Below, piece after piece: positions 19,058 to 28,936 of a DNA stretch of 64,000 bases. Origin of the DNA: an uncultured delta proteobacterium (GTDB lineage: Bacteria > Desulfobacterota > Binatia > Bin18). Both the position numbers and the translations under genes were made by a program. The stretch spans positions 32,001 through 96,000 of the forward strand of contig CAVTCR010000012.1 in assembly GCA_963733195.1 (NCBI GenBank), given 5' to 3'. Positions within the stretch are counted from its first letter, which is position 1. Each line of letters starts with the position of its first letter. The notes beneath the pieces are model-generated. The model was not told the DNA's origin. It did no database searches and saw nothing but the letters and a program-made list of their open reading frames with translations.

Positions 19058-21568
19058 ATGTCCACTGTCCACCGCGAACGACTGGTTGTGGTTGGGAACG
19101 GCATGGCGGGCGCACGGGTTGTCGAAGAAATCCTGCAACGTGACGCGCAACGTTTCAGCATTACCATGTTCGGCGCGGAACCCTATGGCAATTATAATCG
19201 TATTCTCCTCTCCAACGTGCTGAATGGCTCTCAGAAAATGGAGGAGATCTTCCTTAATCCTCTCGCTTGGTACGAACAGAATTGCGTCACATTACATGCT
19301 GGTGTCAAAGCGACGCTGATCAATCGCTCAAAACGGGTTGTCGCCGGCAATCCTTTACGACGTGAGGCATCTCCGTATGGACTCGATGGCTGCGACCCAC
19401 ACGGGATGGCGATCGAAGAACCATACGATAAAGTCATTATTGCAACCGGCTCGCGTCCGTTCATCCCACCACTCGAAGGGATGGACAAACCAGGAACATT
19501 CCTCTTTCGCACGATCGACGACTGCGAGCAGATCGCGGAATACGCAAAAGGTTGTCGCAAAGCTGTGGTGGTAGGTGGTGGTCTGTTGGGTCTCGAAGCA
19601 GCCCGAGGCCTCCTCACCCACGGGGTCGAGGTAACGGTGATTGAAGCGCTGCCTCAGCTCATGGCCGCGCAACTCGACCCCGAATCGGGTGAGATGTTGA
19701 AGACCACGATCGAGCAGATGGGCATTCGCGTTCTTCTGGCTAAATTCTCTTCGCAGATTCTTGGCGCAGAGCGGGTCACTGGCATACAATTCAACGACGG
19801 CACAACGCTCGACACCGACATGGTCGTAGTCAGTGCGGGCATTCGCCCGATCACGGAAATTGCCAAGGATTCAGGTCTGACCGTCGAGCGCGGTATTGTC
19901 TGTGATGATCAACTTCGTACTAGCGACCCTGACATCTTTGCCGTTGGTGAATGTGTCCAGCATCGTGGAGTGATCTACGGTTTGGTCGATCCCATTTGGC
20001 AACAGGCAAAAACTATCGCCGATGTGTTAACAGGCACCGATCCACGGGCAGCATATCAGGGGTCAAAGCTCGCGACTAAACTGAAAGTGATGGGCGTTGA
20101 ACTCGCGTCGATGGGAGATGCCAAAGCTGTGCAGCCTGACGACGAGGTCGTGATCTACCGCGAACCCTCGCGTGGCGTCTACAAAAAAATGGTCATCCGC
20201 GACAACAAACTGACCAACGCAATTCTCTTAGGAGAAACCGATACGGCTGGCGTCCTAACCCAGATGTTCACGCTCGAAGCCGCAGTACCAGAACGACGTG
20301 CAGACCTCTTGTTTGGCACGTCGAGCGGTGCGCCAATCCTGTCGGTGTTCGATTTGCCGGATCAAGCGCAGATTTGTAACTGCAACGGCGTCGCCAAAGG
20401 CAAGATCAAAGACGCGATCATGATCGGCAAGTGTAAATCAGTCTCGAAAGTCGGCGTGCATACCAAGGCAGGCACCGGCTGTGGGAGTTGCAAAAGTCTG
20501 ATTCTGCAATTGTTGGAGGTCTACGCGGGCGAAGTACAAGACGATCCCAGCGAGCACTACTATGTACCGGGAGTTCCACTCACTAAGCCAGAATTGATTA
20601 CTGCTATCAAAGCGCAAAGCCTCAAGAGTGTGAGTGCGGTGTTTCGTGCACTTGCTGGTGGCAAAGAAGATCCGGGTAGTAAACCTGGACTTGCCTCGTT
20701 ACTCAAATCACTCTGGCCGCATGACTACGAAGACGAGCGTGATGCTCGCTTCATCAACGACCGCGTACACGCAAACATTCAACGCGACGCCACGTTCAGC
20801 GTCGTTCCGCGTATCTACGGTGGAGTCACCTCAGCTGCGGAACTCAAGCGCATCGCCGAAGTCGCGGAAAAATACCACGTCCCGATGGTCAAGTTTACCG
20901 GTGGTCAACGTATCGACCTGCTAGGCATCAAAAAAGAAGACTTGCCAGCAGTATGGAAGGATCTCGGTATACCAAGCGGCCACGCCTACACCAAAGCGTT
21001 TCGTACCTGCAAAAGTTGCGTTGGTACTGATTTTTGTCGCTATGGTCTAGGAGATTCTATCGGTCTCTCGCAGAAAATCGAGCGCCGTTTTCAGGGCATC
21101 GAGTCGCCACACAAGATGAAGCTCGCAACCACCGGCTGTCCGCGTAATTGCTCAGAAGCGTACGTCAAAGATCTCGGCGCGGTCGCGATCGAGGGCGGAC
21201 AATGGGAAATTTATGTTGGTGGTGCAGCCGGCAGTTCGGTACGGAAAGGCGATCTGCTGTGCACGGTCAATACGCATGATGAAGTCTTGAAGTTTATGGG
21301 GCGCTTCATGCAGTACTACCGCGAGAACGGCAAGTACCTGGAACGTAGTTACGGCTTTGTTGAACGTCTTGGAATCGAACGTTTACGTGACGTGCTTGTT
21401 GAAGATACGGAAGGAATCTGCGCACGACTCGATGCGGAGATTGAGGCCGCAGTCGCTGCCTATAAAGACCCGTGGCTGGAAGCAATCGAGCCTGTTCACG
21501 TCAGCCAGTTTGCTGATCCTGTTCCCGTCGCTGCAACAACCAGCCAGTCACAAGAGACGCTTTCATGA
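19058..21568 (+). CDS. nirB: NAD(P)H-dependent assimilatory nitrite reductase large subunit
   Basis: VGNGMAG, GGGLLGLE, BFD-like ICNCN...GTGCGSC, siroheme/FeS motifs CKSCVG..FC and GCPRNC. Confidence 0.95.
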   Translation: MSTVHRERLVVVGNGMAGARVVEEILQRDAQRFSITMFGAEPYGNYNRILLSNVLNGSQKMEEIFLNPLAWYEQNCVTLHAGVKATLINRSKRVVAGNPLRREASPYGLDGCDPHGMAIEEPYDKVIIATGSRPFIPPLEGMDKPGTFLFRTIDDCEQIAEYAKGCRKAVVVGGGLLGLEAARGLLTHGVEVTVIEALPQLMAAQLDPESGEMLKTTIEQMGIRVLLAKFSSQILGAERVTGIQFNDGTTLDTDMVVVSAGIRPITEIAKDSGLTVERGIVCDDQLRTSDPDIFAVGECVQHRGVIYGLVDPIWQQAKTIADVLTGTDPRAAYQGSKLATKLKVMGVELASMGDAKAVQPDDEVVIYREPSRGVYKKMVIRDNKLTNAILLGETDTAGVLTQMFTLEAAVPERRADLLFGTSSGAPILSVFDLPDQAQICNCNGVAKGKIKDAIMIGKCKSVSKVGVHTKAGTGCGSCKSLILQLLEVYAGEVQDDPSEHYYVPGVPLTKPELITAIKAQSLKSVSAVFRALAGGKEDPGSKPGLASLLKSLWPHDYEDERDARFINDRVHANIQRDATFSVVPRIYGGVTSAAELKRIAEVAEKYHVPMVKFTGGQRIDLLGIKKEDLPAVWKDLGIPSGHAYTKAFRTCKSCVGTDFCRYGLGDSIGLSQKIERRFQGIESPHKMKLATTGCPRNCSEAYVKDLGAVAIEGGQWEIYVGGAAGSSVRKGDLLCTVNTHDEVLKFMGRFMQYYRENGKYLERSYGFVERLGIERLRDVLVEDTEGICARLDAEIEAAVAAYKDPWLEAIEPVHVSQFADPVPVAATTSQSQETLS

Positions 21569-21933
21569 GTCTGCATACCCTTCAGAGAAGTGGAGGGCAA
21601 GCCATGGCCCTACAGCAACCTTCTCCAAAACGATTAGTAAATCTCGGTTCAGTAGACTTCATTCCGCTTGGCGAAGGGCGCGCATATAAGGTCGGAGACG
21701 TAGGCATCGCAGTCTTTCGTCAACGTGACGGAAAACTGTTCGCGACTCAAAGTCAATGCCCGCATCGTCAAGGGCCTTTGGCTGACGGCATTGTTGGTGC
21801 AGGAACAGTGATTTGCCCGTTTCACGCCTGGAAGTTTGACCTCGCGACCGGTCGTTGTGCTGGGGAAGAAGTCACGTTGCTCACGTTTCCAGTCCACGAA
21901 CTCGAAGGTCGCCTCATCATTGAAATCGAGTAA
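21565..21933 (+). CDS. nirD: Nitrite reductase small subunit (Rieske ferredoxin)
   Basis: CPHRQGPLADG...CPFH; overlaps the nirB stop. Confidence 0.85.
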   Translation: MSLHTLQRSGGQAMALQQPSPKRLVNLGSVDFIPLGEGRAYKVGDVGIAVFRQRDGKLFATQSQCPHRQGPLADGIVGAGTVICPFHAWKFDLATGRCAGEEVTLLTFPVHELEGRLIIEIE

Positions 21934-21942
21934 CTCGCAACT

Positions 21943-23172
21943 ATGAATCTACAAAAATCCGCGACTGCTATCGTGTCAATATTGGCCCTCGACCGCACCG
22001 CCGCCACTGCCGCACTAGTGGCCGGTGGACTCGTCACCCTTTTCATCATTATCGGCTCGCAAGGACTCAGACATTTCGACTGGATGCTACTTCACTACGC
22101 ATTAGCAACCGTGTTTGCCATCGCCGCCAGCACCTACCGTATCGTGCTGTGGATACGGCGTCCGCCCACGCTCCGTTATTGGCAGCAAAACTGGCGGCTG
22201 TTTCGCAGCGGTGGAATTATACAGAACAGTATCTATCTCGGTCAGTTGCTGTTCAACAATGTTGGCACCCAGAAATTCATCGCGCAACGTAGCCGCTATC
22301 GTTGGTTTACGCACCTGTGCCTGTCCTGGGGTGGCATGCTGGCTTTTGCCATTACCTTCCCCTTGGTGTTCGGTTGGGTGCATTTCGAGACCCCGCCCGA
22401 CGATCTGGAAAAGTATCATGTCGTGTTCCTAGGTATGCACGTACAAGAGTTCTCGATCCACTCGCTCATCGCGTTTGTCACTTTCAATGCGCTCAACATC
22501 TCCGCCATTATCATGCTGATTGGCGTTTCGATGGCACTCTACCGCCGCCTAACTGATGGCGGAGCCATTGCGTTGCAACGCTTCAGCAATGACATCCTGC
22601 CACTCCTCCTGCTTTTCGTCGTCGCCGCCAGTGGATTAGGACTCACGATTAGTGCGCATTTCATGAATGGACGAGGGTTCCCTTTTATCGCTGCCACCCA
22701 CGCCGCATCAGTCATCATTCTTCTGCTCTCGTTACCGTTCGGTAAGTTGTTTCACATTTTTCAGCGTCCTGCCCATATCGGCGTTGGCTTCTACAAGCGT
22801 GCGGGACAAATGGGGCAGCAGGCTCACTGCGGACGTTGTGGCGAGGCGTTCGCCTCACAAATACATGTCGATGACCTCAAGCAAGTGTTCGCTGAACTCG
22901 GCATGGATTCTCACTTAGACGGTCCGGTAACGCATTATCAAGAGATTTGTCCTCCCTGTCGCCGTCGATTATTAGCGCTCAACCAAGGCAAGACGATGTC
23001 AGGGCTGAAGAATCAATGGACAGGGATAGAGGCGTTGGTGAACCACGAGTTAGAAGCTGAATGGGAGAATGGGCGAACGGGTGATTCGGCGCAAGAAATT
23101 TCGTCTCCTTCCTTCGCCCACTCGCTCAGTCGCCCAGTCGCCCAGTCTCGGGTGGATATTCCAGCAACATAA
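21943..23172 (+). CDS. Polytopic membrane protein, NarI/DsrM-like b-type cytochrome with C-terminal 4-Cys module
   Basis: RWFTH in one helix; H-x17-H ending in PFGKLFH (compare NarI H187/H205); CGRC...CPPC. Confidence 0.6.
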   Translation: MNLQKSATAIVSILALDRTAATAALVAGGLVTLFIIIGSQGLRHFDWMLLHYALATVFAIAASTYRIVLWIRRPPTLRYWQQNWRLFRSGGIIQNSIYLGQLLFNNVGTQKFIAQRSRYRWFTHLCLSWGGMLAFAITFPLVFGWVHFETPPDDLEKYHVVFLGMHVQEFSIHSLIAFVTFNALNISAIIMLIGVSMALYRRLTDGGAIALQRFSNDILPLLLLFVVAASGLGLTISAHFMNGRGFPFIAATHAASVIILLLSLPFGKLFHIFQRPAHIGVGFYKRAGQMGQQAHCGRCGEAFASQIHVDDLKQVFAELGMDSHLDGPVTHYQEICPPCRRRLLALNQGKTMSGLKNQWTGIEALVNHELEAEWENGRTGDSAQEISSPSFAHSLSRPVAQSRVDIPAT

Positions 23173-23188
23173 GAGGGAAATACAGACG

Positions 23189-25413
23189 ATGGCACTGCTC
23201 CCATTCCCAGAAGAAACGTCATCGACCGTTACGGTCCGCATTTAAACTACGAACCTGCTGGCGGTTGGCAAACCAGTGGAGCGCCAGATCGTTTAGTCAA
23301 AACACATTGTTGCTTTTGCGGCGTGCAGTGTGGCATCCAACTCAAAGTACGTGATGAAAAAGTTGTTGGCTTCGAGCCGTGGACGGATTTTCCGGTGAAC
23401 CAGGGTAAGCTCTGCCCTAAGGGAGTGAAGCGGTATTTACAGAACAATCACCCAGACCGCATTCTTGCGCCCTTGATTCGGACCAACGATGGCTTCCGCG
23501 AGGCGGATTGGAACGAAGCGCTGACGCAGGTGACCGAGAACATTCGCCGTATTCAGCAGACCTACGGTAAAGATGCGTTTGCGCTCCTCGGTGGTGCCTC
23601 ACTTACGAATGAGAAAGCCTATCTGATGGGCAAATTTGCTCGGGTGGCACTGGGCACAGCCAATATCGATTACAACGGTCGCCTGTGTATGGTCTCGGCT
23701 GGGGCAGGCAACAAGATGGCATTCGGCATCGACCGTGCCGCTAATCCCTGGAGCGATATTCCCCTCGCCAAATGCATTATTGTCACTGGCAGTAACATTG
23801 GTGAGTGCTTTCCGATTCTTACGGATTATTTATGGCGGGCACGTGACAACGGTGCCAAACTCATTGTTATTGATCCACGCATAACACCGATTGCGCGTAC
23901 GGCGGATCTGTTTTTGCCAGTGCGACCTGGTCGGGATAGCGCCCTCATGAACGGCATCTTGCATGTAATGATCGAGCGCGACTGGATCGACCATGAATTT
24001 ATCGCTGCACACACGCTCGATTTCGAGAAGGTCCGTGAAGCTGTCGCAACCTACACACCCCAATACACCGCCGAGATTACTGGTGTACCAGCGGTAAATA
24101 TTATAAAAGCCGCGGAACTGTGGGGTGAAGCGCCGACCTCGATGTTGTTACACGCACGCGGTATCGAGCACCACACCAAAGGGGTCGAGAACGTTCTCTC
24201 TTGTATCAACTTGGTGTTGGCAACCGGGCGTATTGGTCGTCCTGGTTGTGGATACGGCACCATCACGGGTCAAGGCAATGGTCAAGGTGGACGCGAGCAC
24301 GGGCAACGTTGCAATCAGCTTCCCGGCGGACGCGACATCGAAAACCCACAGCATCGACAAGAGATCGCCTCGTTTTGGGGGATTCAGGAGCAGGAGCTTC
24401 CACTAAAGGGACTCACCGCAGTCGAGCTATTTGACGCGATCAACGAAGGGAAGATCAAAGGGTTGCTCTCGATCTCTTTTAACCCAATGGTGTCGTTACC
24501 CAACGCTGCCTTAACCCGGTCAGCCTTAGAGAAGCTCGAGTTCTACGCTGCGATTGAACCATTCATGTCGGAGACTGCACGACATGCCAATGTCGTCCTC
24601 GCTGGCTCACTTCAGGAAGAAGATGAAGGAACTGTCACTAATGGTGAAGGACGCGTAATCCGCTTACGACAGTCGGTCAAACCGCCAGCCAATGCTCGGG
24701 TAGATTGGCAGATTATTGTTGAGATCGCGCAACGCTTAGGGAAAGGCGAATTCTTTCCGTATACCCAAGCTGAAGATATGTTCCGTGAACTGAGTCATGC
24801 TTCGGCTGGTGCGCCAATTGACTATGCAGGTATTACCTACAAGCGTATCGAAGAGAACAAAGGCGTCTTTTGGCCTTGTCCAACACCGGAACATCCCGGT
24901 ACTCCGCGTTTATTTGAAGGTGGGAAATTCGCACATCCAGATGGCAAGGCACGCTTCCATGCCATTCAGTACCGTCCACCGGCGGAGGATATCGACACCA
25001 ACTATCCACTGTTCATGACCAGCGGACGTGTGGTGTCACAGTACTTGAGTGGTACACAAACGCGACGGATTGGTCCGCTCGTAGACCAGTATCCCAATCC
25101 GCAGGTCGAGATGCATCCCCAGCTCGCGCAGAAACTCGGAGTGAAATCCGGCGACCAAGTCCGGGTTGAAAGCCGTCGCGGTGAATTAACGTTACCCGCA
25201 CTGGTAGTGAAGACAATTCGCCCAGATACGATCTTTATTCCTTATCACTGGCCGGGCAAGCAATCGGCAAATCTTGTCACTAATCGAGTCCTGGATCCCG
25301 TTTCTAAGATTCCTGAGTTTAAAGTGTGTGCAGTCCGAGTGAGCAAGATCGGTACAATACCATCCTCTCCTCTCAATGGCAGCGGTCACCACTTGGAAAG
25401 AAATAACCTATGA
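23189..25413 (+). CDS. nasA: Molybdopterin assimilatory nitrate reductase catalytic subunit (Nas/Nap clade), frameshift near 23210
   Basis: [11 protein letters not shown]...LCPKG FeS motif, GRLCMVSA (Mo-ligand Cys), [21 protein letters not shown]; no TAT signal. Confidence 0.85.
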
Positions 25414-25997
25414 GCATGGAATTCTTTGTTGACCCATCACGCTGTATTGGCTGTCAAGCGTGTTTCCATGCTTGCGCGGAGTGTGAAAGTCATCGTGGCA
25501 TTTCGATGATCCACCTCGACTTTGTTGACCGCTCCAGTTCTCCACAAACCACACCAACTGTATGCATGCACTGTGAAGATCCAACGTGCGCACGCGTATG
25601 TCCTGCTGATGCGATCAAACAAACCGCAGAAGGTATCGTGCAATCAGCGCTCAAGCCACGCTGCATCGGTTGCTCGAACTGTGTGTTGTCCTGCCCCTTT
25701 GGGGTGCCGCGCTACATGCCAGCGCAAGATCAGATGATGAAGTGCGACATGTGTTACGATCGCACTTCAGTAGGATTAACCCCTATGTGCGCCACAGTCT
25801 GTCCAAGTGGTGCATTATACTACGGCCCTCGCGAGACGGTTGTGCAGACGCGGCGCGAAACATCTACTAACACCTTCGTGTTTGGCCGTCGGGTCGTGAA
25901 GACTAAAGTGAGCATGATGGTCGGACAAGAAGCCGAAGCATTGGATATCGATGTTGCCAGCTTTATGGAGGGGTCTGGGCTAGGAACTGGGAGTTAG
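25410..25997 (+). CDS. 4x[4Fe-4S] electron transfer subunit (DmsB/NrfC-like)
   Basis: [18 protein letters not shown]...CP, CIGCSNC...CP, CDMC...C...CP. Confidence 0.9.
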   Translation: MSMEFFVDPSRCIGCQACFHACAECESHRGISMIHLDFVDRSSSPQTTPTVCMHCEDPTCARVCPADAIKQTAEGIVQSALKPRCIGCSNCVLSCPFGVPRYMPAQDQMMKCDMCYDRTSVGLTPMCATVCPSGALYYGPRETVVQTRRETSTNTFVFGRRVVKTKVSMMVGQEAEALDIDVASFMEGSGLGTGS

Positions 25998-26025
25998 GAT
26001 TTGGGATTTAGCAAGGAAAAAGCCA

Positions 26026-26574
26026 ATGGATGCAAACTATCACGCTATGTCACCTTCCGTCTCACACAGCACAGAAAACCAATCCCCAATCCCCAATCCC
26101 CAATCTGCTGCCTTCCCCATCCCGTGGGAAGAAGAGCAGACCGTGACACGTCGGACTTTTCTGTCGTTTGTGTTGCTGCTCTCAACCACCCTTCTCGCAA
26201 GTACTGGTCTCCTTGGTCTCGTCGATTGGTTGCGCCGCAGGTCAGTTTCTCAGCTTGCGCCTGCGCTGATCGCATCGGTCCAGGATGTTCCGGTCGGCGG
26301 TGTAAAGCTGTTTTCCTATCCGACTGCTCATGATCCTTGTCTGCTCATTCGTCTCTCACAAGACCAGTTTGTCGCCTACAGCCAGAAGTGCACCCATCTA
26401 TCCTGCCCGGTCACCTACAAAGCACAAGAGAAAGAATTTTTCTGTCCGTGTCACGCTGGGCGTTTTGCGTTAGAGGATGGGCGCGTGCTTGGAGGTCCAC
26501 CGCAACGGCCACTCCCGAGCATTCTCCTCAACATCTCTGGTAACGAGATTTGGGCGACTGGAGTACGAGTATGA
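26026..26574 (+). CDS. Membrane-anchored Rieske [2Fe-2S] protein (QcrA/AioB-like)
   Basis: TRRTFL twin-arginine motif plus TM helix; CTHLSC and CPCH boxes; GPPQRPL. Confidence 0.85.
   Translation: MDANYHAMSPSVSHSTENQSPIPNPQSAAFPIPWEEEQTVTRRTFLSFVLLLSTTLLASTGLLGLVDWLRRRSVSQLAPALIASVQDVPVGGVKLFSYPTAHDPCLLIRLSQDQFVAYSQKCTHLSCPVTYKAQEKEFFCPCHAGRFALEDGRVLGGPPQRPLPSILLNISGNEIWATGVRV
26079..26105. repeat. Heptamer tandem repeat (CCCCAAT)n in frame within the Rieske N-terminus
   Basis: CCAATCCCCAATCCCCAATCCCCAATC; complementary G-rich heptamers at 25970-26010. Confidence 0.7.
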
Positions 26575-26810
26575 ACACTCTTCCAACGACGGCACACCAG
26601 CAACGGAACACTATTTTTTCCTTGGTCGCATTCTCGATGATCGTTTTGTTCAGTCTCCAGCTCTGGCTCTTTATCGAAGTCCTTCACGGGTCGTTAGGTA
26701 GTGAAGGAGGATATTCTTTACTGGCAACACTAGTTTCGGTCCTCTGTGTCGCTGGCAATTGGCAATTGTGGCATCTTCTTCATAGTAGAATTGACAACTT
26801 CAGCCGATAA
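26571..26810 (+). CDS. Small two-TM membrane protein (DUF6755-like)
   Basis: ATGA overlap with the Rieske gene; LQLWL motif; two hydrophobic helices. Confidence 0.65.
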   Translation: MNTLPTTAHQQRNTIFSLVAFSMIVLFSLQLWLFIEVLHGSLGSEGGYSLLATLVSVLCVAGNWQLWHLLHSRIDNFSR

Positions 26811-26840
26811 ACAAGGAAAGCCTGCTATTGAGGAGTAAAC

Positions 26841-27083
26841 ATGCAAAAGACCGCCTTCCAACCCGAACATATTGTTGATCAGGTCAAGACTTTTTTTAAC
26901 GGCGTCCACGATATGTCTGATTTCTACTACCGTATGTATATGCTGAGTGGTCTGTGTCGCACCTGTGACGGTCGCGGGTATGTAAATAACGCGGAAGAAC
27001 CATGCCCGACGTGCCACTCCAGTGGCAGCAGTGACGTCTGGCGCAATGCGGCATTGGCAAAGCAGAACGAACCACACCGATAA
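26841..27083 (+). CDS. Small protein with a DnaJ-type CxxCxGxG zinc finger
   Basis: GAGGAG RBS; CRTCDGRG...CPTCHSSG. Confidence 0.6.
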   Translation: MQKTAFQPEHIVDQVKTFFNGVHDMSDFYYRMYMLSGLCRTCDGRGYVNNAEEPCPTCHSSGSSDVWRNAALAKQNEPHR

Positions 27084-27120
27084 ATGGGCAGAGAAAGGGG
27101 AGGAGTTAGCAGTGTCTTTC

Positions 27121-27312
27121 ATGCAGAATGATTGTGATTCGGAGGAAGTTACGGCTGATGCACGGATCCCACTTCGTGAGGCACAAAAGAAACAGCCCGA
27201 GCAGCTGTGGTGGACAGTACTAGATGATCCGTCGTTTCGTCGGCTGCTTCGAGATGGACATCGTGCCGACGCAACTGCATACCTTCTTACCCAGCTAGAG
27301 AAGGAAGAATGA
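27121..27312 (+). CDS. Small protein resembling the CysG/SirC dimerisation helices
   Basis: GGAGG upstream; WWTVLDDPSFRRLLRDGHRADATAYL; ATGA overlap with cobA. Confidence 0.45.
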   Translation: MQNDCDSEEVTADARIPLREAQKKQPEQLWWTVLDDPSFRRLLRDGHRADATAYLLTQLEKEE

Positions 27313-28145
27313 CATATTCACCGGTGTACTTGGTCGGGGCTGGGCCAGGCGATCCAGGGCTCATTACCGTTCGTGGACTGAACGCCGTACGACAAGCGAC
27401 AGTCGTTATATATGATCGTTTGGTTCACCCCTCTCTCGTAGAAGAAGCACCACCCACTGCACAGCGCATCTATGTCGGGAAAGAGTCTGGAATTCACTGT
27501 GTCCCACAAGCGCAGATCAACCAGCTCTTAGTGAAATACGCAGGGCAAGGAGAGCGGGTAGTCCGCCTCAAAGGCGGCGATCCGTTTGTCTTTGGCCGTG
27601 GTGGAGAAGAGGCTGAGGCTTTGGTTGCTATGGGAATCCCTTTCGAGATTATCCCTGGTGTCAGTTCTGCAGTCGCTGTCCCTGCGTATGCAGGCATTCC
27701 AGTCACCCATCGCAAAGTTGCCTCGTCGTTCGCTGTGATCACCGGCCACGAGGAAGGGAGCAAGGAACATACTGCGATTGATTGGCAGCGCCTCGCAACT
27801 TCCGTAGATACTCTTGTCATTCTTATGGGAACAAAAGGGCTGGGACGGATTACGGCGCAGTTGATACAGCATGGTCGCCCCCCAGAGACACCAGTAGCAC
27901 TCATCCGTTGGGGAACAATGAGTGAACAGTTCACCGTAATTGGTACACTCGTAGATATTGTCGATAAAGCTGCAGCAGTTGGCCTAGAGCCACCAGCAGT
28001 CACAGTAGTCGGAGATGTCGTCAATCTCGCCGAGCGGTTGCGTGGTTTTTCCCTCAGGCGCTGCCTTCTTCCTTATCTGTCATCCCTGATGACACGGGGT
28101 TCCTCAATTCGACCGTCAAGGGTTGGCATCTGTGGTTTGATTTAG
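27309..28145 (+). CDS. cobA: Uroporphyrinogen-III C-methyltransferase (siroheme synthesis)
   Basis: VYLVGAGPGDPGLIT, RLKGGDPFVFGRGGEE, PGVSS, GIPVTHR; the C-terminal tail may be frameshifted. Confidence 0.92.
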   Translation: MTYSPVYLVGAGPGDPGLITVRGLNAVRQATVVIYDRLVHPSLVEEAPPTAQRIYVGKESGIHCVPQAQINQLLVKYAGQGERVVRLKGGDPFVFGRGGEEAEALVAMGIPFEIIPGVSSAVAVPAYAGIPVTHRKVASSFAVITGHEEGSKEHTAIDWQRLATSVDTLVILMGTKGLGRITAQLIQHGRPPETPVALIRWGTMSEQFTVIGTLVDIVDKAAAVGLEPPAVTVVGDVVNLAERLRGFSLRRCLLPYLSSLMTRGSSIRPSRVGICGLI

Positions 28146-28174
28146 TCCAACTACACCTTTGCTGTGACAAGAAG

Positions 28175-28896
28175 TCACTTGCGGTGTGCCACAATCAACT
28201 GCGCAATACCACCGGAGAGTTGATGACGGACACCTGCTGAAATCCAGCCTGCTCAATTATCACAGCAAAATCCTTCGGGTTCGGAAGATAGGAAACTGAA
28301 CGCGGCAAGTAGGCATACGCTTGACTATCTGAAAGCAGGGCACCGAGGAACGGTACAACTCGATTAAAATAAAACTGATGCCCCCAACGTAAGACCGGGT
28401 TCGCTGGGGTATCGACTTCTAGCAGAGCCAATCTCCCGCCCGGCTTCAATATGCGTGCAGCTTCGGCCAGCACCGTTGGAATCGATACAAAGTTACGCAA
28501 GGCAAAACCAGAAAGTACAACGGTTACCGAAGTGTCTGGTAGCGGAATACAACCCGCATCGGCTTGTACGAACATTGCGTTGATTCCTCGTCGTCGTGCG
28601 CCGGCAAGCATATTCCCGGCAAAATCAACTCCTACAACTCGCGCTCCCGAGTGCGCTGCAAGTTCACTAAGGTCGCCAGTACCACACGCAAGGTCAACGA
28701 CAACATCCTGTGCAGTCACTGCTGCCGCCTGAATCGTCTTGCGTCGCCATGATTGATCAAGTTGGAAGGAAAAGAGGCGGTTAAGAGTATCGTACCGTGG
28801 GGCGATGCGGTCGAACATGGTTCGTACATATACGGCCTTTTCACTTTGTTCAGGAAGTATCTTCTCTAATTGCGGATTAACCATTTCACTCATCAT
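28175..28896 (-). CDS. ubiE: UbiE/MenG family C-methyltransferase, frameshift near 28228
   Basis: MFDRIAPRYD.LN, DLACGTGD, GFALRN, AYAYLPRSV; tail LSGGIAQL in an alternative frame ending at 28175. Confidence 0.8.
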
Positions 28897-28936
28897 TGTG
28901 TCAGTTTGCTCACAAGGAACGTAATCCTGAGGTCAT

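Noticed and set aside
26079-26105. Short tandem repeats as a possible CRISPR array
   Set aside because: 7-bp units without unique spacers; no cas genes or 25-40 bp repeat-spacer structure anywhere in the window
23189-26574. Arsenite oxidase (AioAB), Nap or formate dehydrogenase interpretation of the Mo enzyme plus Rieske
   Set aside because: A four-Cys FS0 motif, the RLCM Mo ligand, no TAT on the catalytic subunit, and the nirBD/nrt/cobA context all fit an assimilatory nitrate reductase
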